From a virus (taxonomy: Duplodnaviria; Caudoviricetes): a stretch of 64,000 nucleotides of DNA. The translations under genes and the position numbers were made by a program. Where the stretch lies: positions 1,850 to 65,849 of the IMG/VR virus record IMGVR_UViG_3300011336_000387; one strand, given 5' to 3'. Positions 9,085 to 18,352 of this stretch are shown here, piece after piece (position 1 is the first letter of the stretch; every line of letters starts with the position of its first letter). The notes beneath the pieces are model-generated. The model worked only from the letters and a program-made list of their open reading frames with translations, was not told the origin of the DNA and did no database searches.

Positions 9085-10407
9085 ATGTCAATTGGTAATC
9101 TCAAAGATACTGGAAACCAGGGGAATAATTTTCCATGGCAATATAAAATGTTATTGGGATTAGACTCAATTAACACTGCTGTTAATACAACTATTTCTCC
9201 AGCAGGTGTTATGGCAAGTGATGCTTTTGGAAGAGAACGTGATTCTGCTCCTTATACACTTGGAGACTATAAACACATTTATGGTTTAAATATAAATTTT
9301 CTTGATAAAGTTGCTAATGGTGGTACAGTTACTTTTAATGCTAACCAATCATCAGCTTTACTATCTACAACTTCAAATCCTGCAAGTAGTGCTATACATC
9401 AAACAAGAATGTATCATAACTATATTCCAGGAAAAAGTCAATTAATTTTTTCTACAATTTGCTATAAAGCAGCCGTTACTAATGTAACAAAAAGAACAGG
9501 ATACTTTGATGATAAAAATGGTATTTATTTTGAACAAACTGGAGATGGTGTATTATCACTTAATTTAAGAACAAGCACAAGTGGATCACCAGTAGAAACT
9601 AAAGTAATTCAAGCAAACTGGAATGTAGATAAATGTAATGGAACAGGTGCTTCTGGTTATAATTTAGATATAACTAAAACACAATTTTTATTTATAGACT
9701 TTACATGGTTAGGTTTAGGTAGAGTACGTTGTGGATTTTTAGTTAATGGAAAATATATTGTAGCAAATGAATTTCTAACCTCTAATACACTCACTGTTCC
9801 TTATATGGCTACTCCTAATTTACCAATTAGATGTGAAATATTTAATACAGGGGCAACAACAGGAGGATCTTTTAATCAAATATGTAGTACAGTAATAAGT
9901 GAAGGTGGAGATGCTGATGCAGGACAAGACTGGTCAACATTAAATTCTAGTTTAAGATCAATTGCTGCAGGAGCTACACTACCATTAATAGCAATTAGGT
10001 TAACAAATAACTTTCAAACTTATCTTAACAGAATGTTTATACGTTTACAAGACTTTAGTATATATTCAGTTAAAGAACCTCTTACATATAAAGTTATTAA
10101 ACTTCCAAATATTTCATATTTAACTGGAGCAACTTGGACAAGTGTACATACAAACTCAGGTGTTGAATTTAGTGTAGATGCTGTATCAAACACAAATGGA
10201 TATGTTTATGGATCTGGATTTGTTTCAGCTGCAGTAGGTAATAGGGGTGCAATAAGTATAGATCCTACATCAGCAAATGCTAGAGGAAATTATATTTCAC
10301 AAAATTATGATTCAACAGATTCAGAAATTTATATTATTTCAGTAACTAACATTGGAACAACAGCAACAACTGCTGGTGCATCAATGCAATGGAGAGAAGT
10401 ATATTAA
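9085..10407 (+). CDS. virion protein with ConA/LamG-like beta-sandwich
   Basis: DAFGR...HQTRMYHNYIPGKSQL...RTGYFDDKNGIYFEQ...DFTWLGLGRVRCGF...PNLPIRCEI, a pattern common in aquatic phage virion proteins. Confidence 0.65.
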   Translation: MSIGNLKDTGNQGNNFPWQYKMLLGLDSINTAVNTTISPAGVMASDAFGRERDSAPYTLGDYKHIYGLNINFLDKVANGGTVTFNANQSSALLSTTSNPASSAIHQTRMYHNYIPGKSQLIFSTICYKAAVTNVTKRTGYFDDKNGIYFEQTGDGVLSLNLRTSTSGSPVETKVIQANWNVDKCNGTGASGYNLDITKTQFLFIDFTWLGLGRVRCGFLVNGKYIVANEFLTSNTLTVPYMATPNLPIRCEIFNTGATTGGSFNQICSTVISEGGDADAGQDWSTLNSSLRSIAAGATLPLIAIRLTNNFQTYLNRMFIRLQDFSIYSVKEPLTYKVIKLPNISYLTGATWTSVHTNSGVEFSVDAVSNTNGYVYGSGFVSAAVGNRGAISIDPTSANARGNYISQNYDSTDSEIYIISVTNIGTTATTAGASMQWREVY

Positions 10408-10424
10408 CATTAAAATAAAAAAAC

Positions 10425-10922
10425 ATGTCAATAGGAAATTTGCAAGATTACGGGAATAAAGGAAATAATTTTCCTTGGCAATTAAAAATGTTAAATGGTT
10501 TACAAAGTATTTATACTACATTAGTAAATATTTATAGTATTATAATATCATCACTTAATGTAAATATTATAGGCCCATTAGGACAACGAACTTGTAATGA
10601 TTCAGTTTCTACAACTTTGTGTACTAGTCAAGCTAATGTAATAATTACACCAGGTATAAATACAATTAATGGAAATAAACCTATGACCTATTATACTGGA
10701 GCAATTGCAAAATTATTAACATTATCAATTTATAATCAAGACACTACTGTTTCTATTTTAGTAAGTACAGATGGTGGTGTTACTTATGTTTCTGTTCCTA
10801 AAGGTGTAACAATTAATTATGATGCTGGAGGATTATTAAATTACTTTGAACCAACTGAGATATATATTAATTCAAATTCAGCTACAATAGATCCACTTAT
10901 TATTTATACATATACACTATAA
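10425..10922 (+). CDS. putative virion protein sharing its N-terminus with the 9085 gene
   Basis: MSIGNLQDYGNKGNNFPWQLKML versus MSIGNLKDTGNQGNNFPWQYKML. Confidence 0.6.
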   Translation: MSIGNLQDYGNKGNNFPWQLKMLNGLQSIYTTLVNIYSIIISSLNVNIIGPLGQRTCNDSVSTTLCTSQANVIITPGINTINGNKPMTYYTGAIAKLLTLSIYNQDTTVSILVSTDGGVTYVSVPKGVTINYDAGGLLNYFEPTEIYINSNSATIDPLIIYTYTL

Positions 10923-11620
10923 TGTCTACAAGTATTACTATATCAAAACAAATTGCTATTAAAGATGAAGGAGTAGTAAAAACTTCTGATGTAAATAGTA
11001 TTGATTTTACAGGTGCAGGTGTAACTGCAACAAATGTTGGAAATAATGTTACTGTTAATGTACCAGGTTCTGCAGGTGGAGGTGGAGGATTCCACATGTT
11101 AACTCAACCAATATCAACATGGTTATATGCAGCTCAAGCATATGATACTAATTTTAATACTACTCTTTTAAGTTCTGGAGTCAACGTTATGATGTTGTCA
11201 TTATTTTATCCTGCAACTACATTTACAATATCTGAATTATCAATTAATGTTACAACTGCTGCAAGTTCTGCAAGTAATGTAAAGATATTAGTTTATTCAG
11301 ATGATGGTTTTGGATACCCAAGAGCAAAGTTAATTGAATCATCAGCATTAAGTATGACAACTACGGGTGCAAGAACATATCCTATATCTTATACATTTAC
11401 AGCAGGTACAAAATATTGGATGGGTGTAATAATTGATGCATCTGCTGGTGCAGTAGTTACAAGTTTAAGTTCAAATGTATTATATACGCGACATTTCAAC
11501 TATACAATTTCACAGACTGGTATGTATATACCTACTACATTTGCAAGTCCTCCAGCATTAAATACAACTGCAGCTACAAGCGGAACTTTGCAATCTGCTG
11601 CTGTCTTTTTAAAAATATAA
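10922..11620 (+). CDS. short fibre / receptor-binding-like protein
   Basis: 232 aa. N-terminal IDFTGAGVTAT...GGGGG hinge followed by a beta-sandwich domain (YTFTAGTKYWMG). Confidence 0.55.
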   Translation: MSTSITISKQIAIKDEGVVKTSDVNSIDFTGAGVTATNVGNNVTVNVPGSAGGGGGFHMLTQPISTWLYAAQAYDTNFNTTLLSSGVNVMMLSLFYPATTFTISELSINVTTAASSASNVKILVYSDDGFGYPRAKLIESSALSMTTTGARTYPISYTFTAGTKYWMGVIIDASAGAVVTSLSSNVLYTRHFNYTISQTGMYIPTTFASPPALNTTAATSGTLQSAAVFLKI

Positions 11621-11647
11621 ACTATAATCACTCTTAAAGGAGAATAA

Positions 11648-12130
11648 ATGAAATACTTAATTATATTACTTTTATTATTATCATCTTGCTCTCTTGAAAA
11701 GAGACTAGCAAAGTATTGTCCACTATGTGTACAAAAAGATAGTACTATAACAGTAATACAGTTTAAGGATACTACAATAACAATCCCAGGTGAAACTATA
11801 ACTCTATTAGACACACTTTATTGTGACTCATTGGGTAATGTTATATCTAGACTAAATGGAGACCTTAGAGACAAGGATGGCAAGTTAATCAGCCTACAGA
11901 CAAAACTACAAAACAACATATATACATCTAAAGCTAGAGTTCAGACAATATATAGAACTATTAAGGGTAATGATGTATACCATACTAAAGTTGTAACTAA
12001 AACATTAAAGCCGGAGAAGATAAAGTATATACCTTGGTGGGTTAACTTCTTTGCTGTACTAGGAGTAATATTATTTCTTATACTACTTGTATACTTTGGT
12101 TACAAGCTGATTAAACTTTATTTATTATGA
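11648..12130 (+). CDS. unimolecular spanin candidate
   Basis: Signal peptide with lipobox LSS-C (Cys14) and a C-terminal TM helix (WWVNFFAVLGVILFLILLVYFGY). It is adjacent to the holin and endolysin. Confidence 0.65.
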   Translation: MKYLIILLLLLSSCSLEKRLAKYCPLCVQKDSTITVIQFKDTTITIPGETITLLDTLYCDSLGNVISRLNGDLRDKDGKLISLQTKLQNNIYTSKARVQTIYRTIKGNDVYHTKVVTKTLKPEKIKYIPWWVNFFAVLGVILFLILLVYFGYKLIKLYLL

Positions 12131-12591
12131 AAACACAGTTAACACTATTATTAATATCTATACAACAAGAACTTTTGACTTTAATATCTATTTGCTTTGC
12201 ATTCTTTTTACCTATATCAGGAATACTCTTGATGATTGGAGTATTAATATCTATTGATACTTTTACGGGAATATGGAAAGCAAATAAATTAGAAGAAAAA
12301 ATAACTAGCAGAAAGTTATCAAGTATTATCAGCAAACTAGCACTTTATGAAATGACTGTAATAATGTTTTTTCTTATAGATAAATTTATTCTTAATGATA
12401 TCATACTAACTTTTTTTAGTGTACCATTTATGTTGACTAAAGTAGTAGCATTAATTCTAGCTAGTATAGAAGTAATGAGCATTAATGAGAACTATAAAGT
12501 AGTAAAAGGTATAGACCTATGGCAATCAATGAAGTTACTATTTGCAAGAGCTAAGGATATTAATGATGACATTAAAAAGATAAAGAAATGA
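12127..12591 (+). CDS. holin (phage holin family 4-like)
   Basis: Several TM helices and ISIDTFTGIWKA...ITSRKL...IEVMSINEN motifs; ATGA overlaps on both sides. Confidence 0.8.
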   Translation: MKTQLTLLLISIQQELLTLISICFAFFLPISGILLMIGVLISIDTFTGIWKANKLEEKITSRKLSSIISKLALYEMTVIMFFLIDKFILNDIILTFFSVPFMLTKVVALILASIEVMSINENYKVVKGIDLWQSMKLLFARAKDINDDIKKIKK

Positions 12592-13181
12592 CATACACTA
12601 GAGAACAAATAGCAGCAACAGTAAAAGCTAAAGGATACACTTATTTTACAAGTCCTGGAAATTATGATGTTAATATAGTAGGAGTAAGAAACTCTGATAC
12701 TGGTCAAACAGTAACTAATCTATTTGATGATAAAATTACTTTATCTTATAAGTTAGATGGAGTATGGAAATATCATGAGTGGGATAACACAACTGAACCA
12801 GGTAAAAAAGGAGTTACACAATATCACAATGCTAATGGTGTAGCTAGATTAGTACCAGGACAGTATAGAGGAGTATATACTATATCTAAGCACCAAGGTA
12901 AGTATGAGGCACTATGCCAAAGACTAGGTAATGTTACTGTATGGAGAGATAAAAATAAAAACATGACCTTTGATGAAGTTGAAACAGATACAGGAATGTT
13001 TGGTATAAATATACACAAAGCAGGTTCAGTATCAAACTTTGTAGAGAACTGGTCAGAAGGATGCCAAGTATTTAAAAGATCAAAAGATTTTGATGAGTTC
13101 ATGAAAATAATAAATAAAGCAAAAGATTTTCATGGCAATCATTTTACATATACTTTACTAGAGAGTAAAGATATTAATTAA
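12588..13181 (+). CDS. endolysin candidate, L,D-transpeptidase (YkuD)-like
   Basis: GINIHKAG...NWSEGCQVF fits the H-x(n)-S-x-G-C catalytic motif. It follows the holin. Confidence 0.7.
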   Translation: MTYTREQIAATVKAKGYTYFTSPGNYDVNIVGVRNSDTGQTVTNLFDDKITLSYKLDGVWKYHEWDNTTEPGKKGVTQYHNANGVARLVPGQYRGVYTISKHQGKYEALCQRLGNVTVWRDKNKNMTFDEVETDTGMFGINIHKAGSVSNFVENWSEGCQVFKRSKDFDEFMKIINKAKDFHGNHFTYTLLESKDIN

Positions 13182-13195
13182 TTAAACAAACAATT

Positions 13196-13354
13196 ATGAA
13201 ATTTAGAAACAATTGGAAATCAGCAAGAAAACAATGGGATAAGATATCTATAAGACTTAGATTATCTTCAGTAGATGTATTTACTTTAGAGATAGATATC
13301 TATAGAGAATTTTACATGCTAACAATATTAAACTTAACAATTAAAAACAGATAA
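13196..13354 (+). CDS. small hypothetical protein (not in ORF track)
   Basis: 52 aa, MKFRNNWKSARKQWDKISIRLRLSSVDVFTLEIDIYREFYMLTILNLTIKNR. It has an A-rich leader and is followed by a terminator. Confidence 0.6.
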   Translation: MKFRNNWKSARKQWDKISIRLRLSSVDVFTLEIDIYREFYMLTILNLTIKNR

Positions 13355-13381
13355 AAGTAAAATTCTTATTTAAGATATAAT

Positions 13382-13415
13382 AATCCAGGTAATTTAATTT
13401 ATCTGGATTTTTTTT
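13382..13415 (+). terminator. intrinsic terminator
   Basis: AATCCAGGTAA / TTATCTGGATT stem followed by a T run. Confidence 0.7.
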
Positions 13416-13434
13416 GTTTAAATATTTTTTATTT

Positions 13435-13454
13435 AAACTTTTATAGTATATTTG
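13435..13454 (+). promoter_or_regulatory. putative promoter (TATATTTG, -7 element-like)
   Basis: AAACTTTTATAG-TATATTTG between the terminator and the ATG at 13478. No TTTG at canonical -33 spacing. Confidence 0.45.
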
Positions 13455-13477
13455 TTTAAACTTATAAAATATAAACA

Positions 13478-13783
13478 ATGGAAAATGTAAATCAACAGGA
13501 AGAAATGGAAGCTTTATCTCCTGAACAATTAGTTGCTAGAAAAGAAGAAATGAAAGAATTTTTTGAAGAAGCTGTTCCTTTTTTAGAAGCCCAACATAAA
13601 TATGAAAAGTTATTAGCTGAAATATCAGAATTTAAATATAAAAGATTTCAGTATGATACTCAGTATTCTATGCAAATGTATCAAATGCAACACCCTGAAG
13701 AATTTGAAACAGAAGAAAGATATACTAAAAAAGAAGGTGCTAATGAAAATCCAGTAAGAGAAAGAAAACTAAAAAGAGAATAA
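13478..13783 (+). CDS. hypothetical acidic coiled-coil protein
   Basis: 101 aa, Glu-rich; first gene after the promoter. Confidence 0.7.
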   Translation: MENVNQQEEMEALSPEQLVARKEEMKEFFEEAVPFLEAQHKYEKLLAEISEFKYKRFQYDTQYSMQMYQMQHPEEFETEERYTKKEGANENPVRERKLKRE

Positions 13784-13785
13784 TT

Positions 13786-14166
13786 ATGGCTTTAGTAAAC
13801 CAAGTACAAAAAAAAGTTATGATGCCTAAATGGAATATAGTTAAGTTCCAAATACTTACTCATTGTTATATAAATGAGATTGAAATGAGTAACTCTGATT
13901 TAAATTGTCTAACACTATTAAGTTTTAATCAACCAATAGAACTAACACATTTTTGTTATGATGCATCTTCAGATGAAGAAACAATTTTTAAGTCTCCACA
14001 AACAGTAAGAAACTGCATTAATAAAGCAGAAAAAAACAATCTTATTGTAAAAGATAAAGAAAATAAAAAAATAATATTTCTTAATCCAGATTTAAAAATT
14101 CAAACTGAAGGTACTATATTATTAGATTACAAATTTTTAGGAAATGATTCCAAAGAAATCCAATAA
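13786..14166 (+). CDS. putative winged-helix DNA-binding protein
   Basis: FKSPQTVRNCINKAEKNNLIVK resembles an HTH recognition helix plus wing. Confidence 0.5.
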   Translation: MALVNQVQKKVMMPKWNIVKFQILTHCYINEIEMSNSDLNCLTLLSFNQPIELTHFCYDASSDEETIFKSPQTVRNCINKAEKNNLIVKDKENKKIIFLNPDLKIQTEGTILLDYKFLGNDSKEIQ

Positions 14167-14533
14167 ACTTTATAAGGATATATCTGAAGAATTAGATATA
14201 TCAAATATTTTAGTAGAGGAATTGGTAGAGTTTTATTATAATGAGGTTAGACAGTTATTAAGTAATTTAGTTTTTCCAAGGATTAATGTAGAAGGCTTAG
14301 GACAATTTGTTGCAAGACCAAAACTTGTAAGAAATGCTATACCAAGATACACTAAGATTTTACAAAGCCATGATACTTCAACTTTTGCAGCTTATTATAA
14401 TAAAAAAAGTTTAGAAACTAAACTAGAACTTTTAATTTTATTAGAACAAAAAATTACAGAACAAGAACTTAAAAAAACAAATTTTAAAAAAACCAAATAT
14501 GAAAGCAGTACTGAAAACACTTTGGGAAAATAG
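14144..14533 (+). CDS. HU/IHF-like DNA-binding protein
   Basis: LYKDISEELDIS...VEELVEFYYNEVRQLL...RINVEGLGQFVARP fits the HU/IHF helix-helix-beta-arm pattern. Confidence 0.7.
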   Translation: MIPKKSNKLYKDISEELDISNILVEELVEFYYNEVRQLLSNLVFPRINVEGLGQFVARPKLVRNAIPRYTKILQSHDTSTFAAYYNKKSLETKLELLILLEQKITEQELKKTNFKKTKYESSTENTLGK

Positions 14534-14801
14534 AAAAGGAATATTTGAAGGAATTAAAAATTCTGTTATTAGAGATGAGTTTGTAGAAGAGGTAGCAAAA
14601 ATGAGATATGATATCTGTAATACTTGTGAACTTAAAGGAAAAAAATGTGCAGTAAAAGGTACAGGTCCTTGTTGCAATGAATGTGGATGTTCTTTAACAT
14701 TTAAAACTAGATCTTTATCCTCATCATGTCCTCATCCAGAAGGTGCAAAGTGGGAAGCAATTATAAGTGAAGAAGAAGAAGATAAACTTGATGCATTATG
14801 A
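14499..14801 (+). CDS. Cys-rich metal-binding protein (DUF6171-like)
   Basis: RYDICNTC...CCNECGCSLTFKTRSLSSSCP...KW. Confidence 0.65.
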   Translation: MKAVLKTLWENRKGIFEGIKNSVIRDEFVEEVAKMRYDICNTCELKGKKCAVKGTGPCCNECGCSLTFKTRSLSSSCPHPEGAKWEAIISEEEEDKLDAL

Positions 14802-15631
14802 GTATCACATTTAATGCTATAGATCATAGTTATAATAGTATAAACACTGAAGGTATAGACTGGATTAGTGTAACAACTCTTGTTTCTCATTTTAAGAAAC
14901 CCTTTGATGCTAAAAAGGTTGCTGAAAAAGTTTCTAAAAATAAAAAATCTAAATGGTATGGTATATCACCAGATGATATCCAAAATATATGGAATGCTGA
15001 ATCTACAAGAGCAACTACATTAGGAACATACTATCATAACCAAAGAGAATCTGACTTATGTGCATTAGCATCTATAGAAAGAGAAGGTTTTACAATTCCA
15101 ATATTTTCACCACTACCGGAAAAGGATGGCATAAAATATGCTTCTATACAAAAGTTAGAACCAGGAGTATATCCTGAACATATGATGTATCTTAAATCAG
15201 TTGGTATTTGTGGACAATCAGATTTAGTAGAAATAGTAAATGGTAAAGTAAATATCATAGATTATAAAACTAATAAAGAAATAAAAACAGAATCATATAC
15301 AGATTGGGAAGGTAAGTCAGATAAACTATTACCACCACTAGATAATTTAGATGATTGTAACTTTAATCACTATGCCTTACAATTAAGTATTTATATGTAT
15401 ATTATACTTAAGCATAATCCTAAATTAAAACCTGGAAAAATATTTATTCATCATATTTCATTTGAACAAGAAGATGTTGATAAATGGGGATATCCAATAG
15501 CTAAACTTAATTATAATAATGAACCAATTGTAAAAGAAGTCCTTCCAATTGCTGTTCCTTATCTAGATGATGAAGTAATAAGTATTATGCATTATTTGCA
15601 TGATAATAAACATAAAGTAAAAAAGAAATGA
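14798..15631 (+). CDS. PD-(D/E)XK nuclease
   Basis: SVTTLV...GTYYH...PEHMMY...ICGQSDLV...IIDYKT...HYALQLSIY contains intact catalytic motifs. Confidence 0.85.
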   Translation: MSITFNAIDHSYNSINTEGIDWISVTTLVSHFKKPFDAKKVAEKVSKNKKSKWYGISPDDIQNIWNAESTRATTLGTYYHNQRESDLCALASIEREGFTIPIFSPLPEKDGIKYASIQKLEPGVYPEHMMYLKSVGICGQSDLVEIVNGKVNIIDYKTNKEIKTESYTDWEGKSDKLLPPLDNLDDCNFNHYALQLSIYMYIILKHNPKLKPGKIFIHHISFEQEDVDKWGYPIAKLNYNNEPIVKEVLPIAVPYLDDEVISIMHYLHDNKHKVKKK

Positions 15632-16143
15632 TTGTAAGATTATTTGATGTTCAGAATGGTGTGGTTATTCCAACAGAACATTGTTATACACTAAAAGCCC
15701 TTAAAGATATAATGGATAACTATCCAGAAGATCATCTTAACATATATTTATATCTTTTTTATATGACTTGTCCTAATCCAGATTTAAATCCTTTTTTTCA
15801 TACTCCTGAGATTGATAAAGAAAGTATTATACTAAAAGAAATAAATGCTGAATTTTCTACAGAAGATGATGATATCTTTATTGCTTTACAGTTTTGTCAA
15901 AGAATGTATGAAACTCCTACATCAAGAGCATATAAAGGAATGGCTTCTATGTTAGATAGATTAGCTAAATATATGGAGACTACACAGATTACAGCAGGAA
16001 GAGATGGTAATATTAATTCACTAGTAGCTGCAGCCAAAAACTTTGACCAGATTAGAGCATCATTTAAAGGAGTATATAAAGATCTTCAAGATGAACAATC
16101 TAGTAAAGTTAGAGGTGGAATTGGTATGGCTTATGATCAATAA
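15628..16143 (+). CDS. putative terminase small subunit
   Basis: 171 aa helical protein directly upstream of TerL. The assignment is positional only. Confidence 0.4.
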   Translation: MIVRLFDVQNGVVIPTEHCYTLKALKDIMDNYPEDHLNIYLYLFYMTCPNPDLNPFFHTPEIDKESIILKEINAEFSTEDDDIFIALQFCQRMYETPTSRAYKGMASMLDRLAKYMETTQITAGRDGNINSLVAAAKNFDQIRASFKGVYKDLQDEQSSKVRGGIGMAYDQ

Positions 16144-16145
16144 TT

Positions 16146-18347
16146 ATGAGTGAAATATATCAAGACATACCCTGTTGGGATAATGGTACATGGACAACAG
16201 TATCATTTGATTCTAGAGAAGAATTTTCTAACTCTATTGCTGAAATATTTTCTGAACCTGGAAAGTATAAATTTGATGATACAAGTTTTCTTTTTAATCA
16301 AGAAGCAGTAAAGTTTAGAGAACAAAATGTATATTGTACATTTCCATTTAGATCTAAAGATTTTGTAACTTATTGGGACAATCAAAAAGAAAAATGTAGA
16401 AAAGGAGTGTTCTATAAAAAAGGTACCAAGAAATGGTATATTACAAGAGACTACTATATGTGGTTAAACTTTTTACCAATCTTTGATAAAGAACAACAGA
16501 AGTTTGACTTTGCAAAAATTAGAGATGCTCAGTATCATATGGCACTGTATGAACTACTTGCAGAACTTAATTATAAACATGTTGCTATCTTAAAGAAACG
16601 TCAGATAGCATCTTCTTACTTTCATATATCTAAGTTACTAAATCAGTTATGGTTTGAGTCAGGAGTTACACTTAAAATAGGAGCTAGTCTTAAAGATTAT
16701 ATAAATGAAAAAGGTTCATGGAAATTTCTTGCAGAATATGCTGCATTTTTAAATGAACATACTGCTTGGTATAGACCTATGTCTCCTGATAAAGTTTTAA
16801 TGTGGCAACAAAAGATTGAGGTAAGAAAAGGAGATAGAAAAGCAGAAGTTGGTCTCAAAGGTACAATGCAGGGGATGTCCTTTGAAAAGGATCCAACAAA
16901 TGGTGTAGGTGGGCCAGTAAAATATTTCTTTCATGAAGAAGCTGGTATAGCACCAAAGATGGATCAGACTTACGAGTACATGAGACCTGCTATGAGATCA
17001 GGTTTAACAACTACAGGAATGTTTATTGCTGCAGGTTCTGTAGGAGATTTATCTCAGTGTAATCCATTAAAGGATATGATGCTTAATCCTACATCAAAAG
17101 ATATTTATTGTATTGAAACTAATCTTATAGATTCTAAAGGTACTGTAGGTTTGTCAGGTTTATTTATTCCTGAACAATGGTCAATGCCTCCACATATTGA
17201 TGAGTATGGTAATTCACTTGTAGAAGAATCATTAAAAGCTCTAGATGAACAGTTTGCTAAATGGAAAGATGAATTATCTCCAGAAGATTACCAGTTAAGG
17301 ATATCTCAGCATCCTAGAAATATTGAAGAAGCTTTTGCACATAGATCTGTATCTGTTTTTCCTCCACATCTAGTAGCTGCACAACAAAGAAGAATTGAAG
17401 AAAAAGAATATTCATATGAATTTTTAGATATTTCTACAGATGAAAATGGTAAGCCTACTGTTAAACATTCTAATAAACAACCTATTAAAGAATTTCCAAT
17501 AACTAAAAAAACTGAAGATAAAACAGGAGTATTAGTTGTATGGGAAAGACCAATTAAAGATCCAACATTTGGACAGTACTATGCTTCAATTGACCCTGTA
17601 TCTGAGGGAAAAACAACAACATCAGAATCATTATGTTCTATATATGTAATGAAAGCTCCAGTAGAAGTTACAAAAGTAACTGGAACAGAAACTGAAACTT
17701 ACATAGAACCAGATAAAATTGTAGCAGCTTGGTGTGGTAGATTTGATGACTTAAATAAAACACACCAGAGATTAGAATTAATTATAGAATGGTATAATGC
17801 ATGGACAGTAATAGAGAATAATATTTCTTTATTTATTCAGTACATGATATCTAGAAAAAAACAAAAGTTCTTAGTACCTAAGAGTCAGATCATGTTCTTA
17901 AAAGATCTAGGTGCTAATGCTAATGTATTTCAGGAATATGGTTGGAAGAATACTGGAACCTTATTTAAACAGCATCTTCTTAATTATGCTATAGAATATA
18001 CTAAAGAAGAATTAGATGTTGAAACTAAAACAGATGGTACTATAGTAAGAACTAAATATGGCATAGAAAGAATACCAGATCCTATGTTATTAACTGAAAT
18101 GAGAGAATATGCAGCAGGTGTCAATGTGGATAGATTAGTTTCTTTTGCAGCTTTGGTTGCCTTTATGAGAATACAGCAATCTAATAGAGGTTATGCAAAA
18201 AGAGTTATTATGGATGACAGTGCTAAAAACTTGCAAAAGTCAGAAAATTTGTTTAAATTAAATAGAAGTCCCTTTCGTCACATGGGGAAAGGTCAACTTG
18301 CAAATGGTCAAGGATTTAAAAAATCTCCATTTAAAAACTTAAAGTAA
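16146..18347 (+). CDS. terL: terminase large subunit
   Basis: ILKKRQIASSY (Walker A-like), YFFHEEAG (Walker B) and the RNase H-like YASIDPV motif. No intein or intron is visible. Confidence 0.9.
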   Translation: MSEIYQDIPCWDNGTWTTVSFDSREEFSNSIAEIFSEPGKYKFDDTSFLFNQEAVKFREQNVYCTFPFRSKDFVTYWDNQKEKCRKGVFYKKGTKKWYITRDYYMWLNFLPIFDKEQQKFDFAKIRDAQYHMALYELLAELNYKHVAILKKRQIASSYFHISKLLNQLWFESGVTLKIGASLKDYINEKGSWKFLAEYAAFLNEHTAWYRPMSPDKVLMWQQKIEVRKGDRKAEVGLKGTMQGMSFEKDPTNGVGGPVKYFFHEEAGIAPKMDQTYEYMRPAMRSGLTTTGMFIAAGSVGDLSQCNPLKDMMLNPTSKDIYCIETNLIDSKGTVGLSGLFIPEQWSMPPHIDEYGNSLVEESLKALDEQFAKWKDELSPEDYQLRISQHPRNIEEAFAHRSVSVFPPHLVAAQQRRIEEKEYSYEFLDISTDENGKPTVKHSNKQPIKEFPITKKTEDKTGVLVVWERPIKDPTFGQYYASIDPVSEGKTTTSESLCSIYVMKAPVEVTKVTGTETETYIEPDKIVAAWCGRFDDLNKTHQRLELIIEWYNAWTVIENNISLFIQYMISRKKQKFLVPKSQIMFLKDLGANANVFQEYGWKNTGTLFKQHLLNYAIEYTKEELDVETKTDGTIVRTKYGIERIPDPMLLTEMREYAAGVNVDRLVSFAALVAFMRIQQSNRGYAKRVIMDDSAKNLQKSENLFKLNRSPFRHMGKGQLANGQGFKKSPFKNLK

Positions 18348-18352
18348 AAACT

